This document shows, one piece after another, positions 28,068-35,667 of a stretch of DNA of 64,000 nt (its first letter is position 1; each line of letters begins with the position of its first letter). Source of the DNA: a virus; the IMG/VR virus record IMGVR_UViG_3300020183_000012, positions 64,001 through 128,000 of that record; one strand, written 5' to 3'. Both the position numbers and the translations under genes were made by a program. The notes below the pieces were generated by a model. That model was not told where the DNA came from. It searched no databases and saw only the letters and a program-made list of their open reading frames with translations.

Positions 28068-28289
28068 ATGTTTCATCCTTCCCAACAGCACCGCAGAGGG
28101 ACTCCCGTGATTCAACTCCATGAAACTGTAATGGGTCAAAGGCTGATTCTTCGTGACATTCCGACTTTGGTTGACCAACTGGCTCTCCTCAACCGTAACC
28201 TTGAGGCGTTGACAATTCAACTTTCCTCACTCCGTGCAGAACAGAAGCCTAACACCGAGGCTGAAGTTTCATCGGAGAAAATGAAATAA
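28068..28289 (+). CDS. hypothetical protein
   Basis: behind promoter motif. Confidence 0.55.
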   Translation: MFHPSQQHRRGTPVIQLHETVMGQRLILRDIPTLVDQLALLNRNLEALTIQLSSLRAEQKPNTEAEVSSEKMK

Positions 28290-28306
28290 TCAAACAAAGG
28301 AATCCA

Positions 28307-28573
28307 ATGCACGAAGAACTCATGACACTTGACCAGTATATCGAAGCCCTCAACGCCATGAAAAAGACGCATGGTGGGGACAGCCTGATCTTCGTCTTTG
28401 ATCGCTCGTTCAGCGATCTTGCTACTCAGGTTAAGAAGATGGGCAAGCGAGAGTTTGACCGTGAAATGTCGGACGATGATGTGGACAGCATCATCTTCTC
28501 CATCAACCCGAGTCCTGTTCACGATGCCATCAACGGCGCGATTGAGAGTGCCTTTGATTCGTATGTGAAGTAA
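28307..28573 (+). CDS. hypothetical protein
   Basis: AAAGGA SD. Confidence 0.7.
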   Translation: MHEELMTLDQYIEALNAMKKTHGGDSLIFVFDRSFSDLATQVKKMGKREFDREMSDDDVDSIIFSINPSPVHDAINGAIESAFDSYVK

Positions 28574-28603
28574 ACTTTCATCGCAGGAATAAACTAACTG
28601 CGG

Positions 28604-28665
28604 ACTCGTCTGAGCGAGTATAAACAGGGTATTAGGCTCAGAGCGGCAGGGAAACCTGCTTTACC
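28604..28665 (+). ncRNA. pistol self-cleaving ribozyme
   Basis: P1 ACTCG/CGAGT, pseudoknot TCTGAG/CTCAGA, ATAAACAG junction, P2 GGTA/TACC, TTAGG, GCG, P3 GCAGG-GAAA-CCTGC; predicted cut between 28660 and 28661. Confidence 0.88.
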
Positions 28666-28863
28666 GCCTCCCACGCCATGCAGAAAGTCCGGACTTTCAG
28701 CACCGCGTTCCAACTGTGGTGAATGCGCAGCCGCAGGGGAGAAAGAGCGTCGGCATCCTTCCCTCGCTCAAGGTGTTAAAAAGGGTGCGAACGGAACCCA
28801 CCGCAGCCCCACTAGACCCAAAGAGGAGAAATTCTCGCGGGAAAGGTGGGGCTGTGCGTTGGC
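28661..28863 (+). ncRNA. uncharacterised structured RNA 3' of the pistol cleavage site
   Basis: no + strand ORF in the track; multiple stems (see findings). Confidence 0.55.
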
Positions 28864-28908
28864 AAACTTACATCAGTCGAATAAACTAATTTCAGCAAGG
28901 AGGCTAAA

Positions 28909-29091
28909 ATGCTTGTAATCACCCGTAGAGAAGGCGAAGAGATCGTGATAGGTGAGCCACGCGCACCGCTTGGGATCATCCGTATTGTAGCCATCAAGGG
29001 AAGCCAAGTTAAAGTGGCACTTGAGTTCCCGAAGGAAGTCCCGGTGAACCGCCGCGAGATTGCGGAAGAGATCATCAGCGAAGAGGAGTGA
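28909..29091 (+). CDS. csrA: carbon storage regulator CsrA
   Basis: MLVITRREGEEIVIG...VKVALEFPKEVPVNRREI. Confidence 0.9.
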   Translation: MLVITRREGEEIVIGEPRAPLGIIRIVAIKGSQVKVALEFPKEVPVNRREIAEEIISEEE

Positions 29092-29095
29092 TCGA

Positions 29096-29317
29096 ATGAA
29101 AACCTTTCATGTGTGTTGGAAACTGAAGACGAGCGTGGTCACCGTGGAGGTGATTACGATGACGGGACGCGAAGACAGCATGGTGGAAAAGACCGCCATG
29201 CACAATCTCAAGCGCGACGGGGTCTTCATTGACAAAACTCGTCTTGAAAAACCGACCATCACTCTTGTCTACAGCGGGGAGTCAACAGCCAAAACTTTCA
29301 TCGGGCAAATAAACTAA
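29096..29317 (+). CDS. hypothetical protein
   Basis: GAGGAG SD; stop inside the next promoter motif. Confidence 0.6.
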   Translation: MKTFHVCWKLKTSVVTVEVITMTGREDSMVEKTAMHNLKRDGVFIDKTRLEKPTITLVYSGESTAKTFIGQIN

Positions 29318-29333
29318 CCCGACAAGGACAGAT

Positions 29334-29555
29334 ATGCTTAGCATCACCCGTTCAGAAGGCCAAGAAGTTGTGGTCGGAAATCCTGCCGCACCGCTTGGAA
29401 TTATTCGGATTGAAAAGATCAAGAGCGGGAAGGTAAGGATAACCTTTGACTTCCCAAGAGAGATGCCTGTGCATCGCGCTGAGGTTGCAGCCGAAATCTT
29501 GCGTGATCGGGAGGCTCAAGACAAGGAGTTCATGAAGAGGACTTTCGGGGAGTGA
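29334..29555 (+). CDS. csrA: carbon storage regulator CsrA paralog
   Basis: MLSITRSEGQEVVVG...VRITFDFPREMPVHRAEV. Confidence 0.88.
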   Translation: MLSITRSEGQEVVVGNPAAPLGIIRIEKIKSGKVRITFDFPREMPVHRAEVAAEILRDREAQDKEFMKRTFGE

Positions 29556-29598
29556 AACTTTCATCGGGCAAATAAACTAACTGCACAAGGAGAACCCA

Positions 29599-30141
29599 AT
29601 GCGACTTGTGATTGACGCAGAAACAAACGCAATCGACTTCAATGCTTGGAACAAGGGAGACAGTTCTTCGCTCAAGAAGATTCATTGCCTTTGCGCGATT
29701 GACGCAGACACCGGAGAGGAATACTCTTACGAAAGCGACACGCTGAACATAGGTCTGATCCATGTTTACTCTGCTGATATGCTGATCGGACACAACCTTG
29801 CGTTTGATATCCGTGCAATGGAGGTGTGGAGTGGAACACCGCTTCCCTCCCGGATCAAGAAGAACTGCACTTACAAGTCCGTTAAGAAGATGTTTCCCCA
29901 CGGCTTCCGCGAACACCGCATCACCAACCCTGATCGCAAGGGGTCGAACTCGCTTGAGGCTTGGGGATACCGCTTGGGAGTCCACAAGGAAAAGCCTCCG
30001 ATTGATTGGAGCAAGCCGGATCCGTTGATGCTTGGTTACTGCTTGCAAGACTGCCGTGTGACGCTTGCGCTGCATCGCCTCATCGAACGCCGCAAGAGAT
30101 GGGGAATGCTTTCCCCGCTCATTGAAACTTTCATCGGGTAA
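29599..30141 (+). CDS. stand-alone DEDD 3'-5' exonuclease (T7 DNA polymerase exo-domain-like)
   Basis: ExoI VIDAETN, ExoII GHNLAFDI, SLEAWGYRLG, ExoIII YCLQD. Confidence 0.85.
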   Translation: MRLVIDAETNAIDFNAWNKGDSSSLKKIHCLCAIDADTGEEYSYESDTLNIGLIHVYSADMLIGHNLAFDIRAMEVWSGTPLPSRIKKNCTYKSVKKMFPHGFREHRITNPDRKGSNSLEAWGYRLGVHKEKPPIDWSKPDPLMLGYCLQDCRVTLALHRLIERRKRWGMLSPLIETFIG

Positions 30142-30168
30142 ATAAACTAACTGGACAAGGAGAGTCTC

Positions 30169-30444
30169 ATGTGCAAGTCAAAGACTGACATCAGCCCGAA
30201 GGTCGCAGAGAACCTCATCAGCGAGATCAACCGTCTGAAGGCGAAACTGGACATCGCACCGCGTGTCGCCGTGAAGGGAAACCCGGACTCGCAGATGGTT
30301 GAGGTTTCTCGTACCGGATTCGAGGACGCGCTTGACTGGATGGCGTTTATCATCCACCGTGCCTCTGAAACACCGGAGCAGCGCGAAGCCCGTGAGCAAC
30401 TGGACGAACAGAACAGCGTCTACAATCGCGGACTGGGAATCTGA
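30169..30444 (+). CDS. hypothetical protein
   Basis: promoter + SD. Confidence 0.75.
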   Translation: MCKSKTDISPKVAENLISEINRLKAKLDIAPRVAVKGNPDSQMVEVSRTGFEDALDWMAFIIHRASETPEQREAREQLDEQNSVYNRGLGI

Positions 30445-30549
30445 GCCATCCTGTGTGGCGGGGTGCGGCAGTCCGAGCGGGCTGTCCACCCCGTCACCTT
30501 ACGAACTTGCATCGGGGAAATAAACTAACTGGACAAGGAGAACCCAGCC

Positions 30550-30789
30550 ATGATCGTCCACTTCGTCAAGTCCAACCCCGAATACCCGAACATGATCGTC
30601 TTCGTCTACGAGGACACCATCAGCCTCTGCAAGGGCAGCACTGGCAACGCCATCGTGACCGCTTGGGCTAAGGCTGACCGCTCCGTCCCGAACGAGGACG
30701 AGGTTCACGACATCATCAGCGACTTCATTGAGCGTTGGCAGGACGAATACAGCCCGAGCGAGTGGAGCAAGTTCGCACCCGCCACCTGA
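30550..30789 (+). CDS. hypothetical protein
   Basis: promoter + SD. Confidence 0.75.
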   Translation: MIVHFVKSNPEYPNMIVFVYEDTISLCKGSTGNAIVTAWAKADRSVPNEDEVHDIISDFIERWQDEYSPSEWSKFAPAT

Positions 30790-30802
30790 CGAGGATCAAC
30801 CA

Positions 30803-31042
30803 ATGAACACGACTCCGCTCCGCGTCTCGTTCACCTGCCCCTGCTGCAACAGCGGGGGCTTCTTCAGTCCTGAGTTGAAGTCTTTCGACCAAATCGCGGG
30901 TTCCACCACCGATTGTGGGAACTGCGATGCCCTCCTCATCGTGACCCTGGACGGGACTGTCGCACCGTTCCATGAGTGGGTTAACACGGGAGATTACCGT
31001 TGGCCGAAGGACGGCAAGGGGACGAGTTTCATTACCGTCTGA
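30803..31042 (+). CDS. zinc-ribbon protein
   Basis: CPCC...CGNC; GAGGA SD. Confidence 0.7.
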   Translation: MNTTPLRVSFTCPCCNSGGFFSPELKSFDQIAGSTTDCGNCDALLIVTLDGTVAPFHEWVNTGDYRWPKDGKGTSFITV

Positions 31043-31085
31043 AACTTTCATCGGGCAAATAAACTAATCCGACAAGGAGAACCGA

Positions 31086-31364
31086 ATGACTTACAAGAAG
31101 GAAGGCTACATCTCGGTCGATAGCGGTCAGATCATGATCATCGACCCGTGCTACATCAAGAAGGACTTTGAGAGCGAAAGCACCGACAAGGCGGGTCTGA
31201 ACTACGCAGGTGCTTGCGCTGTCACCCTGTCGGAGAACCTCTGCGGTGAGTTCGGTGGCCTTGCGTTTGCCTCCTCCACCTATTCAGGTGACGGGGAATA
31301 CCCTGTCTATGTCAAGCGTGACCGCTACGGCAAGATTCTCTCCGTCAAGATCAAGTTTGCCTAA
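31086..31364 (+). CDS. DUF4241-like protein
   Basis: VDSGQIMIIDPCY...GDGEYPVY. Confidence 0.65.
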   Translation: MTYKKEGYISVDSGQIMIIDPCYIKKDFESESTDKAGLNYAGACAVTLSENLCGEFGGLAFASSTYSGDGEYPVYVKRDRYGKILSVKIKFA

Positions 31365-31493
31365 TGGGTGCATCATGGGGCGTGGCAGGGATTCTCTGAC
31401 GAGATCCTGTGGCGGGTAGCCAACGGGTGCGTTCCTGACCACGCCCCTCCAATCTTTCATCGGGCAAATAAACTAATCGGGCAAAGAGAACCC

Positions 31494-31763
31494 ATGAACA
31501 CCCGAATCACCATCAAGGACTTGGATCGCGCTGTGATCGAACTGAACTCGCTCCTCGGCTACACGATGGGGCAGGAAGGATCGTTCTGCTTGCAGGGATC
31601 CTACGGCGGATGGCAACTTCAGCGCAAGTGTGGCATCGGAAACGAGGCCGTCACGAACGGATACATTCCGAAGCGCAAACTGTTTGACCGCATCACCGAC
31701 ATTCGACGGGGCGTACAGATCACCAAGAAGGTGCTGAATCTCAACGCCTACTACACGAACTAG
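31494..31763 (+). CDS. hypothetical protein
   Basis: promoter motif; RITIKDL...GSYGGWQL. Confidence 0.7.
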   Translation: MNTRITIKDLDRAVIELNSLLGYTMGQEGSFCLQGSYGGWQLQRKCGIGNEAVTNGYIPKRKLFDRITDIRRGVQITKKVLNLNAYYTN

Positions 31764-31810
31764 CAACAATCTTTCATCGGGGAAATAAACTAATCCGACA
31801 AGGAGAACCC

Positions 31811-32128
31811 ATGTCGAACCAAGCAATGTACCGCGAAGGCGCACCCTGCCCGTGGGGAAAGATTCTTGACACTCAGAAAGTGGCTGACGGAATCCACTTC
31901 CTCAGCACCGCAGGACACGGAGGCTACCTTCTGTCCCGTGAGCGTTTCAATCAGATGCCCGAGCACCTACGCAACCTTTCGTTCACCTCCGATCAATACT
32001 TTGAGGAAGATGTTTCGTGGTGTGCCGTTCCAATCGCCTTCCCTGAGGCGTTCAGCAAGGGAACCGTTGCAGCCGCCCAAGACTGCTACGACTCATGGCT
32101 TCACAACAATCTTTCATCGGGCAAATAA
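31811..32128 (+). CDS. DUF7007-like protein
   Basis: PWG...ADGI.F.STAGHGGY.LS.ER...YFEED..W. Confidence 0.7.
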   Translation: MSNQAMYREGAPCPWGKILDTQKVADGIHFLSTAGHGGYLLSRERFNQMPEHLRNLSFTSDQYFEEDVSWCAVPIAFPEAFSKGTVAAAQDCYDSWLHNNLSSGK

Positions 32129-32151
32129 ACTAATCCGACAAGGAGAACCCA

Positions 32152-32544
32152 ATGAACCGGAACCTCAAGTACCTGACCGTTGCCCTGACTGGTGGAGCAG
32201 TCTCGTTTGCCGTGGCAATCGCATTGGACAGATCCATGCCCAAGGCATTGACCTTCATCGCTACTGGTGTGGCAGCATCGCTCGTCTCCCACATCGTGCT
32301 GTCGCTCATGGTCGCACGGAAGGTCAACCGTGTGAGCAAGACGAGCAAGAAGTTCGGTGACTTCCACCACGATCTCAACCACCTCAAGTATCCGGTTTAC
32401 AACCGCAGCAAGGTGATTGAGAAGGAATCACCTGCCGCACCGAAGGGCAAGACCAAGCCGAAGCGGAAGAACCCGCCAAAGGGAAAGAAGCCAAACCCGC
32501 CCACCGATGCGGTGAATGACGCTTCAAGCCTCAACACCGACTGA
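32152..32544 (+). CDS. membrane protein with basic tail
   Basis: two hydrophobic segments, Lys/Pro-rich C-terminus. Confidence 0.7.
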   Translation: MNRNLKYLTVALTGGAVSFAVAIALDRSMPKALTFIATGVAASLVSHIVLSLMVARKVNRVSKTSKKFGDFHHDLNHLKYPVYNRSKVIEKESPAAPKGKTKPKRKNPPKGKKPNPPTDAVNDASSLNTD

Positions 32545-32590
32545 AACTTGCATCAGGGAAATAAACTAACTGCACAAGGAGAACCCACCA

Positions 32591-32974
32591 ATGAGCAGCA
32601 CCAAGACGATGATCCTGATCAAGGTCGATGGAACCGTGAGCGAAATCCCTAACACCGGATACGAAAGCATCGTGGCCGCAATCGGCGGCGGTTACATTGA
32701 GGCAGTCCCGATGGGCGATGGTCACGCAGCCTACATCGACGAGGAGGGCAAGTTGAAGAACCTCCCCATCAATCCGGTCGCAACCTTCCTGTGGTACAAG
32801 CGTCTGCGACCAATGGGAGACTTCCTGTGCGGAGACTGCGTGGTTGTCCGCAGCGTCAACGACGAGGGCGAACTGGACGGCGAGGACTACACTCCCTGCC
32901 CCGAAATCCGCAAGACCGCAGATCAGATCACCGCGATGGACGACCTTGCACGGTGTCACTTCGTCACCCCCTGA
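32591..32974 (+). CDS. DUF3846 domain protein
   Basis: GGGYIEAV...DEEGKLKNLPINPVAT...GD. Confidence 0.8.
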   Translation: MSSTKTMILIKVDGTVSEIPNTGYESIVAAIGGGYIEAVPMGDGHAAYIDEEGKLKNLPINPVATFLWYKRLRPMGDFLCGDCVVVRSVNDEGELDGEDYTPCPEIRKTADQITAMDDLARCHFVTP

Positions 32975-32986
32975 CACATTGGGTTC

Positions 32987-33040
32987 CGCGTGTGGGGCAG
33001 GGCAGGCAGCGTCTCGCCTCCCTGCCCCACCGCGTTTCTT
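32987..33040 (+). terminator. long GC hairpin / terminator
   Basis: GTGGGGCAGGG...CCCTGCCCCAC then TTTCTT. Confidence 0.65.
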
Positions 33041-33082
33041 GCATCCGGAGAATAAACTAATCGGGCAAGGAGAACCCACCAC

Positions 33083-33253
33083 ATGACCACCAAGCCACCC
33101 ACCGGACACCGACCCGGAAAGTTCGTACACGACGCCTTCCGAGCAGGCATCCGACTCCGCGCCAAGACTTGGGGCAAGCGGAACACCGACCCCCGCACCG
33201 AACGCAGACGCGCCAAGAGCGAACTGCGGCGGGAAGTTGCATCAGGGAAATAA
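33083..33253 (+). CDS. 56-aa Arg-rich protein (not in ORF track)
   Basis: MTTKPPTGHRPGKFVHDAFRAGIRLRAKTWGKRNTDPRTERRRAKSELRREVASGK; promoter + CAAGGAG SD; stop inside the next motif. Confidence 0.7.
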   Translation: MTTKPPTGHRPGKFVHDAFRAGIRLRAKTWGKRNTDPRTERRRAKSELRREVASGK

Positions 33254-33298
33254 ACTAATCAGGCAAGGGAATAGTTCCCCTGCAAGGAGAACCCAACC

Positions 33299-33697
33299 GT
33301 GAAGCAGATCAGCAGCGTCAGCAAGGATACCGCCACCGCACTCCGCGATGCCGTCAAGACCCACTTCGACATCACCCCCGGAAGCGCGATGAGCGGCGAG
33401 ATCACCTTCGCCATCACCTTCGACATGAAGCGCGGCGAACCGTACACCAAGACCGTCCCCCAAGCCGCTTGCCCGTGGACGCTACTCTCTGTGGCACTCC
33501 ACCTCGCAGGATTCGGTCGCGGTCGCATCACCGAGATCGTCAGTACCGTGCAGCAGATGACCGATGAGCAGCGCAAGGAGTACCGCGACTCCATGAGCGA
33601 ATCCGTCAAGGAAGTCATGGAAGGGATCGGCGCAACCACCGTCCGCACCGTGCCAGGAACGCAGACCTTCAACACCTTCACCGTGCAGGTCACCTAA
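33299..33697 (+). CDS. hypothetical protein
   Basis: CAAGGAG SD, GTG start. Confidence 0.7.
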   Translation: MKQISSVSKDTATALRDAVKTHFDITPGSAMSGEITFAITFDMKRGEPYTKTVPQAACPWTLLSVALHLAGFGRGRITEIVSTVQQMTDEQRKEYRDSMSESVKEVMEGIGATTVRTVPGTQTFNTFTVQVT

Positions 33698-33810
33698 ACG
33701 GGTGAACCCACGGTCAGGATGAACCAAGCAGGGCGTGGTGAGCCGTACACCGCGCCCTGTACCATTGTTGCATCGGGGAAACAAACTAACTAGACAAGAG
33801 GAACCCACCC

Positions 33811-34206
33811 ATGCCCACCACTACCTACACCGCCGAAACCGTCCGCACCAAACTGATGACCGATGACGCTTGGCTCATTCGTGGCTTGCTTGCCATCTTC
33901 GCCCTACAGACCGAGGACGAACGCGCCGCAGGCAGCACAACCCATCACAACGGCGTAGGCTTCAACGGAGTGGATGCTTCGTTCTGCACCTCCCTTGTCG
34001 AGCAGTTCAAGGGGCGTGGCTCCCTGTCCCCCAAGCAGATCGCATCCCTCCGCAAGATCATGCCCAAGTACGCCGCGCAGTTGGCAGCCGTCGCCAACGC
34101 GAAGGCAGCCGCAGCCGCAGCCACAGCAGACGCAGACGCAGCCCGTGCAGCCGCAGCCGAAGCCGCTCACGAAGCCCGTCTGCAAGCCGAGTACGGCGAA
34201 CCCTAG
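33811..34206 (+). CDS. conserved phage hypothetical protein with Ala-rich tail
   Basis: QTEDE...NGVGFNGVDA...LSPKQ...KYAAQL. Confidence 0.8.
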   Translation: MPTTTYTAETVRTKLMTDDAWLIRGLLAIFALQTEDERAAGSTTHHNGVGFNGVDASFCTSLVEQFKGRGSLSPKQIASLRKIMPKYAAQLAAVANAKAAAAAATADADAARAAAAEAAHEARLQAEYGEP

Positions 34207-34525
34207 TAAGTCGAACCGGGCAGAGCAGCACGCCGCTACACTAGACCCTGCACAGACGGACTCAGCCACAGACCAACCGGAATCCGTGGGGTAACAAGTT
34301 GCATCCCGCGAATAGACTAACTGTGCAACCGAACCACGAAAAAACCACGGACAAACCAGCGTCAAACTGAGCCGACCGGAAAGTGCCTTGGCGGCTACCC
34401 CCTACCGTACCCCCCTATTACTTGGGGTAAAATCCCTCTGAGGGGATACCTTAGTGGGAAAATGGTAGTTTTTTAATTTTGGGTGGAAGGGATACCTTAG
34501 TGGGAGGTGGTATAGGTATAATATT

Positions 34526-35566
34526 ATGAACTGGTTGAAATTTGCAAGGGACGAGCGAGATAATTTTTCGGGAAAGAAACCCAGGGTGCTTTCGGGAAAG
34601 AAACCCAGGGTGCTTATGGTGTCTCTTCCGGACATGTGGGGCATTACGGACGAAGATCTGAAGCCTTTGCGTGAGATTGCCCAGGTGGATTGGGTTCAGA
34701 CGAAGCACATTACGGAGCGTGAGCTTGGTAAGCGTTGCGAGGGCTACGACTATCTGATGTTGAACATGGATCCGATGCCTTTTCCGGACCCGAACAAGTT
34801 GGACAAGCTTACGGAGGTATTTTATAAATTTCCGGGTGTTCGGGGTTTGAAGGGGATTAATGTTGACATGACTGACGCGGACTTCTTTAGTCCTGGTATT
34901 GCGAAGCGGCTTGGTATTGTGCTTCAGGATTCTCCTGACACTACGACAGAAAGTGTTGCTGAATCAGCACTTACGGAGATACTTTTGCATGCCAGGAACC
35001 GTCATCTTGCGTATGTTGACGTGGTGAAGGATCGTGACGTGGAGTGCAGGAAGTCTCTTGACCTGAAGGGCAAGGTTGCAGGGGTGATAGGTAAGGGACA
35101 CATAGGTTCACGCGTGGGTTCATTCCTTGAGGCTTTGGGGATGCGTGTTATGTACAACGATGTGGATCCGAAGCGTGGCGGCGGGGATTCTCTGGAGGAC
35201 ATATTCAGGGAGGCTTGCGTGGTGAGCATCCACGTACCGTGCCACCAGCCTCATACGAACAAGAGCAATGAGGGTCTTATAGGGGAGAAGCTTTTGGGTA
35301 TGTGTAAGGACCTGATACTGGTGAATCTTGCAACGGACATTATTGTTGACATTGGGGCGTTGAAGGATGCTCTGGACGGGGGCAGGATTCGCGGTTACTC
35401 TGTGGAGAGTGGCAGGCATGAGACCGAAAGTCTGCGTCGTTACGAGAACGTCCACATATCTCCGTGTTCATACGATTCAGATGAGTCGGTTGCGAACGTG
35501 AAGAGGGTGTGGATCCGCAACATGATCTCTGCGGTACGGGGTTCTCCCGAGAACGTTTGGATTTAA
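34526..35566 (+). CDS. D-isomer-specific 2-hydroxyacid dehydrogenase family NAD(P)-binding protein
   Basis: TTESVAE, LKGKVAGVIGKGHIG, SIHVP, ENVHISP; N-terminal 24-bp duplication (SGKKPRVL x2). Confidence 0.85.
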   Translation: MNWLKFARDERDNFSGKKPRVLSGKKPRVLMVSLPDMWGITDEDLKPLREIAQVDWVQTKHITERELGKRCEGYDYLMLNMDPMPFPDPNKLDKLTEVFYKFPGVRGLKGINVDMTDADFFSPGIAKRLGIVLQDSPDTTTESVAESALTEILLHARNRHLAYVDVVKDRDVECRKSLDLKGKVAGVIGKGHIGSRVGSFLEALGMRVMYNDVDPKRGGGDSLEDIFREACVVSIHVPCHQPHTNKSNEGLIGEKLLGMCKDLILVNLATDIIVDIGALKDALDGGRIRGYSVESGRHETESLRRYENVHISPCSYDSDESVANVKRVWIRNMISAVRGSPENVWI

Positions 35567-35667
35567 TTTTCGGGCGTAGGGGATACCTTAGTGGGAGGTG
35601 GTATAGGTATAATATTATGAACTGGTTGAAAGAGGAACTTTACGAAGCGGTGGGGTAAAATGTAATC

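Larger units (their letters stand above)
2878..34320 (+). promoter_or_regulatory. dispersed family of ~44 phage early-promoter motifs TT(T/A/G)CATC-N5-AATAAACTAA
   Basis: CATC core read at 2881, 3942, 4710, 5872, 8378, 9742, 9810, 10756, 12863, 13282, 15237, 16604, 17165, 17647, 19247, 19864, 20929, 22200, 22740, 23190, 23651, 24067, 24303, 25503, 26226, 26632, 27662, 28042, 28270 (6-nt spacer), 28579, 28871, 29299, 29562, 30132, 30510, 31049, 31458, 31775, 32115, 32551, 33042, 33240, 33771, 34302; all + strand, nearly all just upstream of a start codon. Confidence 0.85.

Noticed and set aside
28683-28698. RNase P RNA (GAAAGTCCGG resembles the P4 5' motif)
   Set aside because: It is a local palindrome GAAAGT-CCGG-ACTTTC; the upstream GAG and the 3' ACAGAA..CGGC partner are missing.
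31396-31404. Hammerhead ribozyme (CTGACGAG; also 30786 and 62761)
   Set aside because: No suitably placed GAAA and stem I/II/III arrangement; the 62761 match lies inside a CDS.
22200-34320. Integron with attC sites
   Set aside because: The repeats are not palindromic, lack RYYYAAC/GTTRRRY boxes, and no tyrosine integrase is seen; a promoter fits better.
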